Positions 37,006 to 48,665 of a stretch of 64,000 bases of DNA are shown here, in pieces. This stretch comes from Chromera velia (lineage: Eukaryota), in assembly GCA_018398765.1 (NCBI GenBank), contig JAHBMJ010000333.1, positions 1-64,000 of the forward strand, in the 5' to 3' direction. How positions within the stretch are numbered: position 1 is the first letter of the stretch; each line of letters begins with the position of its first letter. The position numbers and the translations under genes are program-made. The notes under the pieces were generated by a model, which was given only the letters and a program-made list of their open reading frames with translations, was not told the origin of the DNA and searched no databases.

Positions 37006-40000
37006 TCACTTATATACATACCCTCCCCCTCTTCCTTTAATGGACTCACCCCCTTTCCCCTGACCACGCCTCTCCGTCTCTATGTGTGTGAAATCGTGTC
37101 CTGACTCACTTACTTTCAGCACCTTCCATCTCTTTTCTTCCATCCTTCTGTCAGACTTTCCTTCCACGTACCCTTTCTTCCCCCAGATCGGCTTTGTGAG
37201 CCAATCTGCCCGGTTGAGTACTCTCGGTGTCCAGATGATTCCGTTCTCTGGGTTCATCCCCATCCTTCTGAATGTCTGAATGATGTAATCGAGTTCTGGC
37301 TGCAGCTCTGGCTCCTTGGTGACTTTGCCTGACCTTAGATACACATGCAGAGCAGCGGAGTCGATATAGACGATAACCTTAGGGAATGCCTCCGTCAGTT
37401 CGTCTATGAGATACAGGACCCTCCAGATCTCCTTTGCCCCAAATTTCAGAGAGATCAGCTCACCTACATGTGAACTATCCTCCGACTTGGGCAACGGTCC
37501 TGGCATGATCTCTTTCTCGGTCTTGTAAAAGATTGGGTTCCACTCATTCTTTTCTTTGTGTGACCACGTTTCATCTCCCCAAAACGCCACCACCCTCTTC
37601 TTGACCATTTTTGTTTTCTCTTTCCTCCTACAATCTGTGTACACGTGCACTTTCCTCCCCTTTTCCTCCAAGGGCCTCAGTTTGATTCTCTGCTTCTCTT
37701 TCTTCACTTTCTTGAGGACCAAACCCACATTGCGGAGCATACGTCTACAGGGATTTCGGATGTGCCGCTGGAGCTCGTGGTAGAACACATAGTTCTTCCA
37801 TAGGAGCTTTGTCCCCCACCCCAGAATTCTATTTGCTGCTCCTACCTCATCCTGGATTGAGGGATCAATCTCCTCCATCTCCGGCCACCTTCCTCATTAC
37901 ATACTTATCGATTGCAGCTCTTGATCCCCCCGCTATTTTGAGAATGCGGTCTGTATCGACCTCCTGCAGGTACTTCATCTGTGACAAGTACAGCCTCCCC
38001 CTCTCCATCTGGATGTTGATGCCTGTAAATCGGTCGCTCCCCCCTTCCCGGAGTACTCCGACCTTCCCAATCTTCATTTTTTTCTCTAATTCCTCCAAAT
38101 TCAACTCAACATGCTCTCCTGCTCCTTGAATGTCATCAACATGGTGGAAAATCACATCGGTGGCTGGGCTTCTCTCACACGGCACCCCTTTTTTCATTCC
38201 ATCTCTTCCTGCTCCTTCTCTTTGCACCAACACTGCCTCTTCTACGAGTGTGTAGTCGCCTACCTGCTAGAGATCTGTCTGCAGACGGTTCACAAAGAGA
38301 TTGGAAGCATTCCTCCCTCCGTAGTGGGCTTTATTCAGCACTCGAATGGAGCTGGGTCTCAAATCTGCTGCTCTCTTCCTCAACCACAACCATCTCTCAT
38401 CTGTGTACTTCTCAGGGAATGGGTTGGTAGCGGGGAGCTGGGGCAGGCCTGCTAGGATACGGACCCCCAGCGTTCCTTTGTCATATCTGTGGATGTCATC
38501 AATCTGCTGGAAGGCCTTCTCAACGTCTGCTGAGAAGATCACTGCTCCGATGATCAACATTTAGATGAACGCCATGAGTATAGCATACAGACTGGGAACC
38601 CCCGCATAGATGTCATACCTGTGCTTGTCTTCTCCCCCTTTGATGAAGAATCGGGCCTTCCCTTTATTCTTTTCGGGCTCTCCTGGGGTCTGTTTGATGC
38701 CTGTTTTCTCTTCCATGTTCACCACCAAAGCCACCTTTGCCCTCATCACCTCTTCCCCCAGGATTTCATTGTTAAGAAGTCCGACATACTCCTCCAACCT
38801 TGCCCTGTCAACCATCCCCAATCTCACCTCTTTATTTGTAGGCGGTCTTAGTGTCACTCCTCCCTTGAAGTTGGTTGCTAACACTTCCCCCTGGTCTCCT
38901 CCTTCATCTCCTTCCACTGCTGCTGCTGCCGCGGTGCTCTTCTTCTTCTGTTGGTTCCTCGTCATCACCCTTTGTGCCGTACTAGGCTGCCTCAGATTCT
39001 TCTTGAGGGCTACTGCTGACCCTGCAACGGAGGCGCTTGAGCCTGGGTTCGGACTCGCGGGAGGAGACTGCGGACGACTCCTCACGCTGTTGCGAAGTTG
39101 CTGCTTGGCTGACGCCCTCCCCTGTGCAGACCCTTGTGCAGGCAACTTGAAGGCCTGCTACTACTGTTGCTGCTGTTGCTGTTGCAGCTGTGCCTGCCCT
39201 GCCTGACTCTGCCCCTGAGCCTGCTGTTACTGCTACTGTTGGTCTACTGCTTGTCTCAGTCTGTGAACCGCCAGAAATTCTCTCTCGTTCTCATCTGTAT
39301 CTGAATCCGAGTCATCATCACTTTCGGGCTGCAGCGCTGGCAGATCATGCTCTGAGTCTATGTCGGACCCTTCAATCTGCACCTCTGACTCCTTTTTGGA
39401 CTCCACTGGGAATTTTTTCAGCTCCTGTTCACGCTCGGCCTCTACTACCTTGCCATTCATTTCTTCGATTTCTCTCTGACTCACCTGCAAGTACTGATCC
39501 TCTTGTCTCTCCTCCATTGTCTTGGTCTGCTTCTGTTGGTTGTGCCCCTTTTCTCCCTCCTGTACTTTGTGCGTCTCTTCACATGCTCCCAGTTGCCTAA
39601 TGGGGAAGAATCCACACCCTTTCCGTGGCCTCTGGGACTGTCTCTTGCTCGGCTGAAAGGGATCTATCTAGAAGGGACTGACTGGCAGTTCCCCTCGCCT
39701 TGAACCTCCATTCGAACAGCACCCCTTTCTTTGTCTAAAGCACGTAAATTTTATGGACAAGGTGAAAGAGGAATTCATTCTCTCCCTCTTCCTTCTTCTT
39801 TATCACTTTGACTGTTGCTCCTGCCTCTTTGGAGATATACCATCACTTCTTCCCTTGCAGCTCGATTCTTTTCGGGGCGGTCTTTGGGCGGTGGGGATGG
39901 AAGGTAACCTGATCTCCACACATAAAGGACAAATCGGGCTGCCTGCCATGCTTCTTGTTGTAAGGGTTGGTCCCCAGCTCGTGTATATACAGACTGAGTG

Positions 40001-42771
40001 CCATGTACATTTGCACCAACCCCTTCAAAATCTCTGGCAAAACTGCCTTTGGCTATCCCTTCACCCTCAACATTGTCTCTGCCAGTCTTCGCACCATCCG
40101 AATGGCATTCTCTGCCGCCCCTTGTGACTCTGATTTGTATGCTGCGCTTTTTTCGAAGTATGTCATCGGCAACACCTAGCTCTCTCATCCTCTTTCCTTT
40201 CATTACTGCTTCATTGTCTGATCTGTAGATGCTTGGCTGTCTGTGCGGCTGGGGAAGGAGACTTCTGTTGTCTGCTAGGAACCGAACGTAATAATCGGGG
40301 ACATCTCTCTTCATATTAAGAGACATCACATCAATCTCTCGAGTGTGTAGCTCCACGATGACTGAGAATGCGTACTCCTCCAAGAACCTAATATCACCAT
40401 AAATCACCTCCCCGTAACTCGTTGCCTCTCTCTCTCTCCTGTCTGTCATGGGGCAAGGACTCCTGTTGACTGCATTTCTCATCTCGCACACCTCACAGTC
40501 CTCCCACACTTGTCTCCTTATCTGCTCGCTGACCCCCACTCTCCTCTCTCTGAGTGTTGCTGCTAGTCAGTTGATGTTGCAGTGGAGGAACCTCGTATGC
40601 CATGCCCCCAATTCTTCCTTCTTAGTGATCATTTTCTTTTCCTCTCCTTTTCTCATCTCCCCCACTCTGAGCTGTTTTCAGACAAAGGCGTGAGCCTCTA
40701 GAGGCGGCATCTCTTTGTTAGGTGGTTGTCTCATGGGAAGCAAGACAAGGAAGGGTAGGTTAGACTCCCCTTCCCCCTCAGGATGGGTAATGACTAACCT
40801 GGTGAGCCTCCCCTCTGTATCCATGACCGTGACGTAATTTTCCCTTCCCTTACTCTCATCCATTCCGTCATCTATCACCGTCCCTCTCCCTCTGGCTAGA
40901 TGCTTGGTTTGCACTTCGGGTTTTGTGATATATCCAATCGAATCAACATCCACCACTTCTTTAGTCACTGCATCCAACCCCGTCACCCTGACTGCGCTGT
41001 ATGAACCGATCTTAAAGCCTGGGGCCCCTTGATCTGTGACGCCTATCGTCACCTTAACAGGTACCTCCCACAAAATTCGGTCTTGGTCTATGGTGTCTCT
41101 GCACCAGACGGTGTGACTTGCACACGTGTTTGTATGCCACTGAAGGTCAACGCTCCTTTTGCCCCTCTCTTCATCCTGTCGCGAGCTTATCCGATCGTTC
41201 ACAGTCGTCATTCAGGACTCGAGGAACAGATCTGCAGACAGAGATATCAGGGAAAAGGAAACGAGTCCATCACATTGTTGACCCAATTGGTTGCAGTCTG
41301 AAAGGAAACAGTTTGGGAGAGGAGGCAGTGCAGACTGACCTCGCTCCCTCCCTCCGCTGCTTCCTTGGGTCGTAGTCCTCGGCAGAGTCGTTTGAGGCCA
41401 AGTGTAAAGCGCAGTCAACTTACCTAGAAATCTTCTGTTTTCGGGTCTGTCAGCATAGGTCTGTGGGACAGATGTCTGTTGTGCGTATCGATTCGGTGGT
41501 AGTTGTGATGGAAGAGGCAGATTCATTTGGAAATGTGGTAGCTGTGGCTGCATGGGAAATTCAAGGCAGTATTTGGCAAAGTGCCCTTTCATACCATACC
41601 GAGGGCAGATGTGATCGCGGGTCTAACAGTCGTGCGGACCCCTTGTCCAATAACTGCACCCTGAGCACCCTCCATCTTGTAATGGTGGTCGGAAGTTTGG
41701 CCTCCTGTCCTCTCTCTATTGTCCCGGCTCCCTATTGATCTGTCTTCCCACCCCTGGCCAATTGCGTCTCTCTGGTTGTCGATGGTAGCCTGGTTAGCCC
41801 CTAGAAGGGACCCCGACCCCTCCGACATAGTTTGCTTCGGTCCAACCCATGGGCTGCTATGCTGCTGTTTGGGAATGCTGGATCCATGCAGGGTTCTGCG
41901 GGTAAGCGAAGGTTGAGGGGGTCTGGGTAAGCATGACATTGCTCTGTTTGTGAGAGTCTCGCACAATCTGCTAGATCAGTGCTGGCTCATCGTCATCTGC
42001 TCTTACTCCGACTTCCCCCTTCTCTCTGACTCTTTTCTGTTGTTGTACGTAAGTCTCTCGTTCTGTCTTCTCCCCTTCTGATTCCCATCTTGCAAAGGAG
42101 TCTTCTCCATACTCATCAATCTCCTCCCTATTGGCCTTGATTAACTCCTCATACTTATTATAGTCCGCCTTTATCCCGTTACAGAGGGTGGATGCAAGCA
42201 GTTGAGGGAGTCCGTCTTACACATAGCGTGCTGCCTCTTCGCTGCTGAAGGTGATACTGCATCTGCCTGCAAAGGTCATCAGTTGTTGGGCTGTGGCAAG
42301 AAGCCTTCGGGGTTGGGTTGTCCATACTACTTTCCCTGCCATACTGCCTAGATTCCCCCACGATCTTCTGACTTTCTTCTAATGAATGTGCTGGGCCACC
42401 TGTTTTTTGTCTTTGATTGCCTCCCACACCTTATCTTTATATGCTTCTGGGTCCGCATTGTTGTTCTGATTGAGAATCTTGCCATCATAGTACATCTGCA
42501 CAACCGGATCGACTGCCACTCTCTTGTCATAGGTTCCTTTGATCGCTGCTTTGAGCTGGTCCACCTCCTATAAAGCTTTCTCTTTTGCTGTGGGTATTGC
42601 GTGGTATGCTACCGACCCGTCCCTCTTCATCAGGTAGTCCAACCTCCATTTTTTGTACGTCCATTCCTGTTTTACAGACAGGCTCGGGAAAACTGATTTC
42701 TTCCCTCTTCTCTCGAGACTCTTCGAGATCGTCCATTCCTCCGGTTCGTAAGCCCGCGCCTGGGAGCCCAC
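37006..42771 (-). pseudogene. Copia gag-pol, disrupted by stops and a few frameshifts
   Basis: WHTNTCASH (PR-like); WH.RFLH..CEVC and IYGD, RSDNE (IN); KARFFIKG, DVEKAF, LNKAHYGG, HHVDDI, FTGI..LSQ.KY (RT); VYTD, SSHVGE, VYIDS, NRADWLTKP (RH). Confidence 0.87.
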
Positions 42772-43198
42772 TAAAAAGTCCTAGAGAAATCTGCATACTT
42801 GAAGGATGGAAAGATGGATGGACATACAGACTTCTACTCAGCGATAGATCCGCCTTTGAACATGCCTACAATCACTAGACACGAAACAAGACACCTACAC
42901 TGTCCATGTAGTTCATTTGATCCATCAGGTTTATTTGGTACATCATACATGGATGCACTGTCACTCTAGGCAGTCTGTCCTTCTCTTCTCTTCGGTGTTT
43001 GATCCGTTTGTCTGGAAAGCATGCAGTCCTTGTTTATATTGTATTTTCCAGTCTTGATTGAATTTTATTTTTTTTGCATGCATCAATAATTCCATGCACA
43101 TACAATTTCCAATTCCGATGGCGGCGCGACTGCACTCGAGGACAAGGATGGATCAGAAGCTCTGTGGCGATACCAGGCGACGACGCTAACTTCATACA
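42770..43198 (-). repeat. Copia 5' LTR
   Basis: Colinear with 14439-14867 and immediately upstream of gag. Confidence 0.9.
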
Positions 43199-43510
43199 GG
43201 GAGAGAAGAAGAACGATGAGAAGAGAGGAGGCAAGACAAAGATTCAAAAGAATAGAAAGAATCATAAGTCAGCTGACAGAGAATTAAAGGAGAAGAATGG
43301 AAGGTATGGAACCAGCTGAGCAAAAAGAAAGAGATAAGAAAAGAAGATGCGCTAACTGAAGAAGAGATAGCAAAAAGGTGGGAAAAACAGTGGAAAAAAG
43401 ATGAAAACGAAGACGCAGAGGAAGAAATTACGGATTTTAAAACAGTTTCACGCATCTTTGAAGCACTGACAGAAGCAAAAAAATGGAGGATAGACACAAA
43501 GAAGGTGCAT

Positions 43511-44981
43511 AGGCTTGTGCCTTTAAAAGTGGATTTTTGCCCTTAAGTCGGACTTTTATCTTAACTCATTCAAAAAAGCCTAAATTCTTGCCTAAATTTG
43601 AAATTTTCCACCTAATACCCTATAATTGAGAATGAAAGAGATGATCATACATTATTTATTCATCAACTAATTATTTACAAAAAAATATAATATGATTATA
43701 TCAGTTATATACAATGTGGCATATTTTGTAGAAACTAATACACTGTCATGCAATTTTAAATTCCTTTGAAATCTAGTTTATCTGGACTGAGTGGTTTATG
43801 GTGGTTTAAAAGTTAATTATAAACATTTTTTTCATAAAATATTTAATAGTCTATTAATTAGTAATAAAAACTAGAAAACTGTTTTATCAGATGATCCGAC
43901 TCAGATCCGTGCTTTAAGTGCTAAACAAATTAAATTTTTGAATTATTTTTTATAAATGCATGTCACTAAATTTTTTGAAAAGAAGCCGGCCTGGGATCTA
44001 ACTTCAAAACAGCTTGCACACACCCAGCTCTATAGCGCGCGCGCGTCGAACCCAGCAGCTGACATAAGTGTTTCAAAGTTAAATGTTTCGGCACAGTTTA
44101 GCTGTCATTTATATGTATGTGCATAGAAACACGTGAACTTCAAGCAAAAATAACACCCCAGGCTGGGGGTTGCATCTAAAGCGAATCCCATTGGCGCAGG
44201 TCGTTGCTTATCAATCTGCAACTTTCAAATCAGGAAGGAATGCAGCTGCATACATACTATCACACAAGATTGATGCGGTTTAAACCAATGGCATAGCGAT
44301 TGGAAAGGAAAGAGTAATTCACATGGCAACAGAGAGAAAAGAAAGGTGCATGATTTCAGCAGAGGATTTCCTCCAGTGAAAAGTCAAAAAGAGAAGAAAG
44401 AGACAAAAAAAAGACTCCAAGAGAGAAGAAAAAAAGAAGGGGGGAGGAGAGCAGGTAAAAAGAGCTTGGCTAGGGAGCTTTGGGGATACAGAAAGATGAG
44501 GGGATAGTCACTGTAGGGAGAAGAGAAGCGAGTCCAAAGAGGAAGTCGCAGTCGAGAGTCTGTATGACGGGATTGAGAGAAGGAAAAACGAAGCAAACGT
44601 ACACAGGATTGAGACAATTTAAAGGAGAGATAAATGGAGAAAAACAAAAGAGAAAGTGAAGATGAAACAGGGAGGAAGGGGAAATACCAGGAGGAGGCGG
44701 AAAGGGAGGTGCCGAGAGGACTCTAAGTCGATGTCAAAGCAGAGACGGAGGGACAGATAGAGAGAGATATAGGGAGAGAAGGGGAGGGAGGGAGAGGAGA
44801 AAGAAGTCAAACAGACAATGATGTATATACATAACCAAACATGCTTGCGTCAGCTTGTGGACACCGGTGTACATCGACATAGACACAGACACACACGGAT
44901 ACGTACGGTCATGGATGCATACACATACACCCACATACATACATACATACCCCCCCTCCCCTCCACACACACACACATACA

Positions 44982-45032
<51 letters not shown>

Positions 45033-48000
45033 TACGTGACAGAAAGAGTGAATGAAGAACTCATAGAAAAAGACATAAGGAGAGAAAAGAGGGAGAGAGG
45101 GAGAGAGAGAAAGAAGGGGGGGGGGGGGAGAAAGGGAGAGGGAGAGGGAGGGAGAGGTAGACACAGATATAGGTATGCTGAGGCTCAGACAAGAGAGGTT
45201 CCTTTCTGACAGTTCAGACCTCTACTTAGCAGTGGTAAAGAACACCACCATGACACAGAAACAACACTGTCAAACAGGGTGGACTGCAATAAAAAGAAAG
45301 GAGAGCAGGGGTGTAAAAGCAGAGGAAAGTACGTGATCTGGGTAAAAATGCAAGGGGGTCTAAGGGGGGGCGCATTTTTACCGACAACAGCCCCTTCTCA
45401 GTAAAAATGCAGGGAGCTGGGGAGGGTGGTGCATACAAAGCAGCAGAGAAAAGGACAGAAAACAACTTTTTGATACACATTAGACACGAAAAAATTTCAA
45501 AGTAGGAGTAGGGGGGGTGCATTTTTACCGAGCAGGGGCCGTTTTTGGTAAAAATGCGCCCCCCCCCAGACCCACCTACATTTTTACCTACGACTGACTA
45601 AGATCAAAGAATTCAAACAAGACTTACTGAAGCAAGACTGACCATCGCTGGACTTCTGTTCGAGGCTCCTATGATTGTTTAAGTACTTAAAGCAGAATTG
45701 AAGACGTACCTGCATGCAACATCACATGCAAGTATTTGCATGAGAATCAGATCAACGAAAGAGAGATCCCACATCATGGGTCTCCTGGACAGACTGAGGA
45801 GGCAAGGAACGGAACACAAAGTGCATGAGAAGTGAACACAGAAACTCTGGATGCCTGCCAAGTTAGCCTGTCTCTGTGATAATTTCGAAAATTTTACCAG
45901 GAAGGGGCTGATCTGGGTCAAAATATGGACAGACCCATTTTTACTGAGATTAGCCCTTCCTCGATAAAAATTTTAAAATCGTCACACAGACCATATAAGA
46001 AAACAGGCTTCCAGCAATTCATAACTTGCTTCTTTGGAACCCCAAAGCTCGATTTTTGCTTCCTTAGACGACCCAGGGGATGTTGTGTTGGCATATGTTA
46101 GTCTGTCATGGGTTTGTCCATTTTTACCGAGATTGGCCCTTCCTCGGTAAAAATTTCGAAATCGTCACACAGACCGTTGAAGAAAACAGACTTCTAGCAA
46201 TTGATAACTTGCTTCTTTAGAACCCCAAAGCTCGATTCTTGCTTCCTTAGACGACCTAGGGGACGCTGTGTTGGTATGTGTCAGCCTGTCATGCATGGGT
46301 TGAAATTATTCATATGTATATATGTATGATACAAAACTATTGTCGTGATTCCTCTCATCAACAGCTATCCTAGGAGCTATCTTTCCCTACCAAATGGACT
46401 TGCCTGAGTTGAATCTCAGTTGATAGAGGCTCCCTAGCCCTCTTCTTCCTGGTGTTGCTCAGGTCGGCCTCCTGCACGTACGTGGACAGCATTTCCATGA
46501 TCTCCTCGAGCCTGGTCCTCGAGCCTGTCAGTCCAAGCCTCAATTTCCGAACCAAAATGCTCCTCACCCACCCAGAAGCTCTCCGGGAGTGCTCAGCATG
46601 GAACCAAATCATTGAAATGACTCACACGCTGTTGATGAAGTACTCTTTTTCTAGTAGCTGGGATGCCATGTATCGATATAATATATATAGAAAGCCGATT
46701 TCTTATTTGTTGAATTTGAGCAAAATCGGCTTTTCCGGCCACGCAACGCGGCGGCGGGTCATACAGATGTGCATGGACCAATTAGAGCCCGCCGCCATAC
46801 CTTAACCGGCTCAAAAATTTCAAGGGGAAAAAGAACAGCCCTCTGTTCCCTTTTCCCTCCTGGACTTAAACCAACGACCCTAGGAGACGTCAGTTCGCCT
46901 CTCTAGACTCTCTCTAGCTGCTTGGTGTAGAAAAAACGACTCTCAGACTCACAGGGAGTCCAAAGAACGGACGTCTGAGGTCTGACACCTAAAGAGGCCA
47001 AAGTGGCCTTCCTGGGCTCAGAAGTTCAGAAAGGGCTGTGGTACATCAATGATGATAAAATGCATATCAACACGCTCCATCTGGTCCAGGTAACTTAGTT
47101 CCAACAGCGGATAAGGAATGGTTGATGCACTGTGGACTTTAACTGACAAGTCTACTCATGAACAGAAAGATACACTCCAGATGGCGCCCTATGTCAAATT
47201 GTCGGAAGGGCTTTTTCCTTCTTGAGCACTTTAAATCTGCAGCCATCGCACAAAGGTACTGCCCAACACTCATATGCTCCTGTTTGGAGGGAAAGAGCAG
47301 GACAGAACCACTTACCGGGGGAGCTGGAGGTCGATTAATACCCCTGAGACGCCAATTCTCCACAACAGGAAGACAAAACAATCTCGTCTTCCCACAACCA
47401 GCAGACTTACCAGGAACCTATCCCGCTGGCTTGGGAGGATGACAACAGACACAGGGCATTGGGCAAAATTGCTGGGGATCGATTCTGCGGCCTCCTAGTA
47501 GAAAGAAGGAATGTTGCTTTGGAGGCCTGGGAGGTACTTTCCTGACTGGTCCAGACTGGAGCTGCCAGACACGCCAAAGCAGATCAACTGTACCACAAGA
47601 CTTCACTCCGACATAGAGGCAAGCTGTCTAGTACTAGGGGAGCGGAATAGTGCCAGTTTGACCATCGGTACTGCTCTACACAACAAGGTAGACAGAAAGG
47701 GATGAGAGGACGAAATGACCCTTCTCTGTGTGTTGGTGTGCTTTTTGAGCATTCTGAGCACAATTTCAGGATTTTCAGAGTGGCCCCGGAAAGTTTTGGC
47801 CCAAATTCTTGCATCAACGCACTCAGCAGCCTCTGGGGACCAATTTGATACCTTTTTGGGCCCTAGGCGCCGCCGGAATTGCGCAGACCAGCTTAATCGG
47901 CTCAAAAATTTCAGACCCTTCTAATTGGTCCATGCACATCTGTATAACCACCTTCCGCATTGCGCATCGAGGGCCCCAGCATGCCCTGCCACAGGTCATA

Positions 48001-48665
48001 CATGCAGCCGGGGCCAAAATCGCGCGCACAGTGCCCTGCGGGCCGGGGGCCTGACAATGCATTAATGCGCGCCGCGCGCGCACCCTCCTCCCATACAATG
48101 TGTGTGCAACTTGCCCAGCGCCATACACATCCTTAGGTACGCTTGGCGGATTGGCTTATGGTTTCGTACGCTTTCTTTAGACTTTCTTTAGTCTCACCGC
48201 TTCTGCAAGTGTCTGGTGTTTTCTTTCGATTTCCTTTGATTGTTTTTTTTTTTTCTTATTGGTTGATCGATCGTAGATTTTTATTGTACATAACTGTATT
48301 GGCTATAAGTAAGGATAAAGAAGCCTTAGTAAGGACAATCGTGAAATGACAAAAAAAAACTAAGAATCTTGGTACCTTTTAATTAGGTTTTAGATCAACA
48401 AAACGACCCAAACTCACAGAAATTTAATTTGACCATTGCTTTTCTATAACATGCCGCAGGTTTTAACTCTATACATTTTTGTTTTGAATTTTTTTTAGAC
48501 GTAAAAACTTTTTTGAATATTAAATCTCTTATAGTTTATTATAGTTTTGACCATTCATGATCAGTCAAGATCTAGGTCAAGATACAAGAAAAACTTTTAT
48601 AGTATGAATCATGTTTTTAAAAGTCCGACTTGAGGGCAAAAGTCCACTTTTAAAGGCATAAGCCT
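43511..48665. mobile_element. Unclassified TIR element with 4-bp TSD, inserted in the LINE
   Basis: ~48-bp TIR AGGCTTGTGCCTTTAAAAGTGG.. / ..CCACTTTTAAAGGCATAAGCCT; TSD GCAT (43507-10, 48666-69). No transposase recognised. Confidence 0.85.
46742..47964. mobile_element. Intact 1223-bp non-autonomous TIR element
   Basis: CGCAACGCGG / CCGCATTGCG; 2-bp TSD CA; inverted relative to the split copy at 15453-36005. Confidence 0.88.

Larger units (their letters stand above)
14439..43198 (-). mobile_element. Copia LTR retrotransposon (~8.2 kb net of nested insertions)
   Basis: 429-bp LTRs at 14439-14867 and 42770-43198; 5-bp TSD GGGAG (14434-38, 43199-203); minus-strand PPT GGATGAGGGGG at 14870-14880; PR-IN-RT-RH order. 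Confidence 0.9.
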
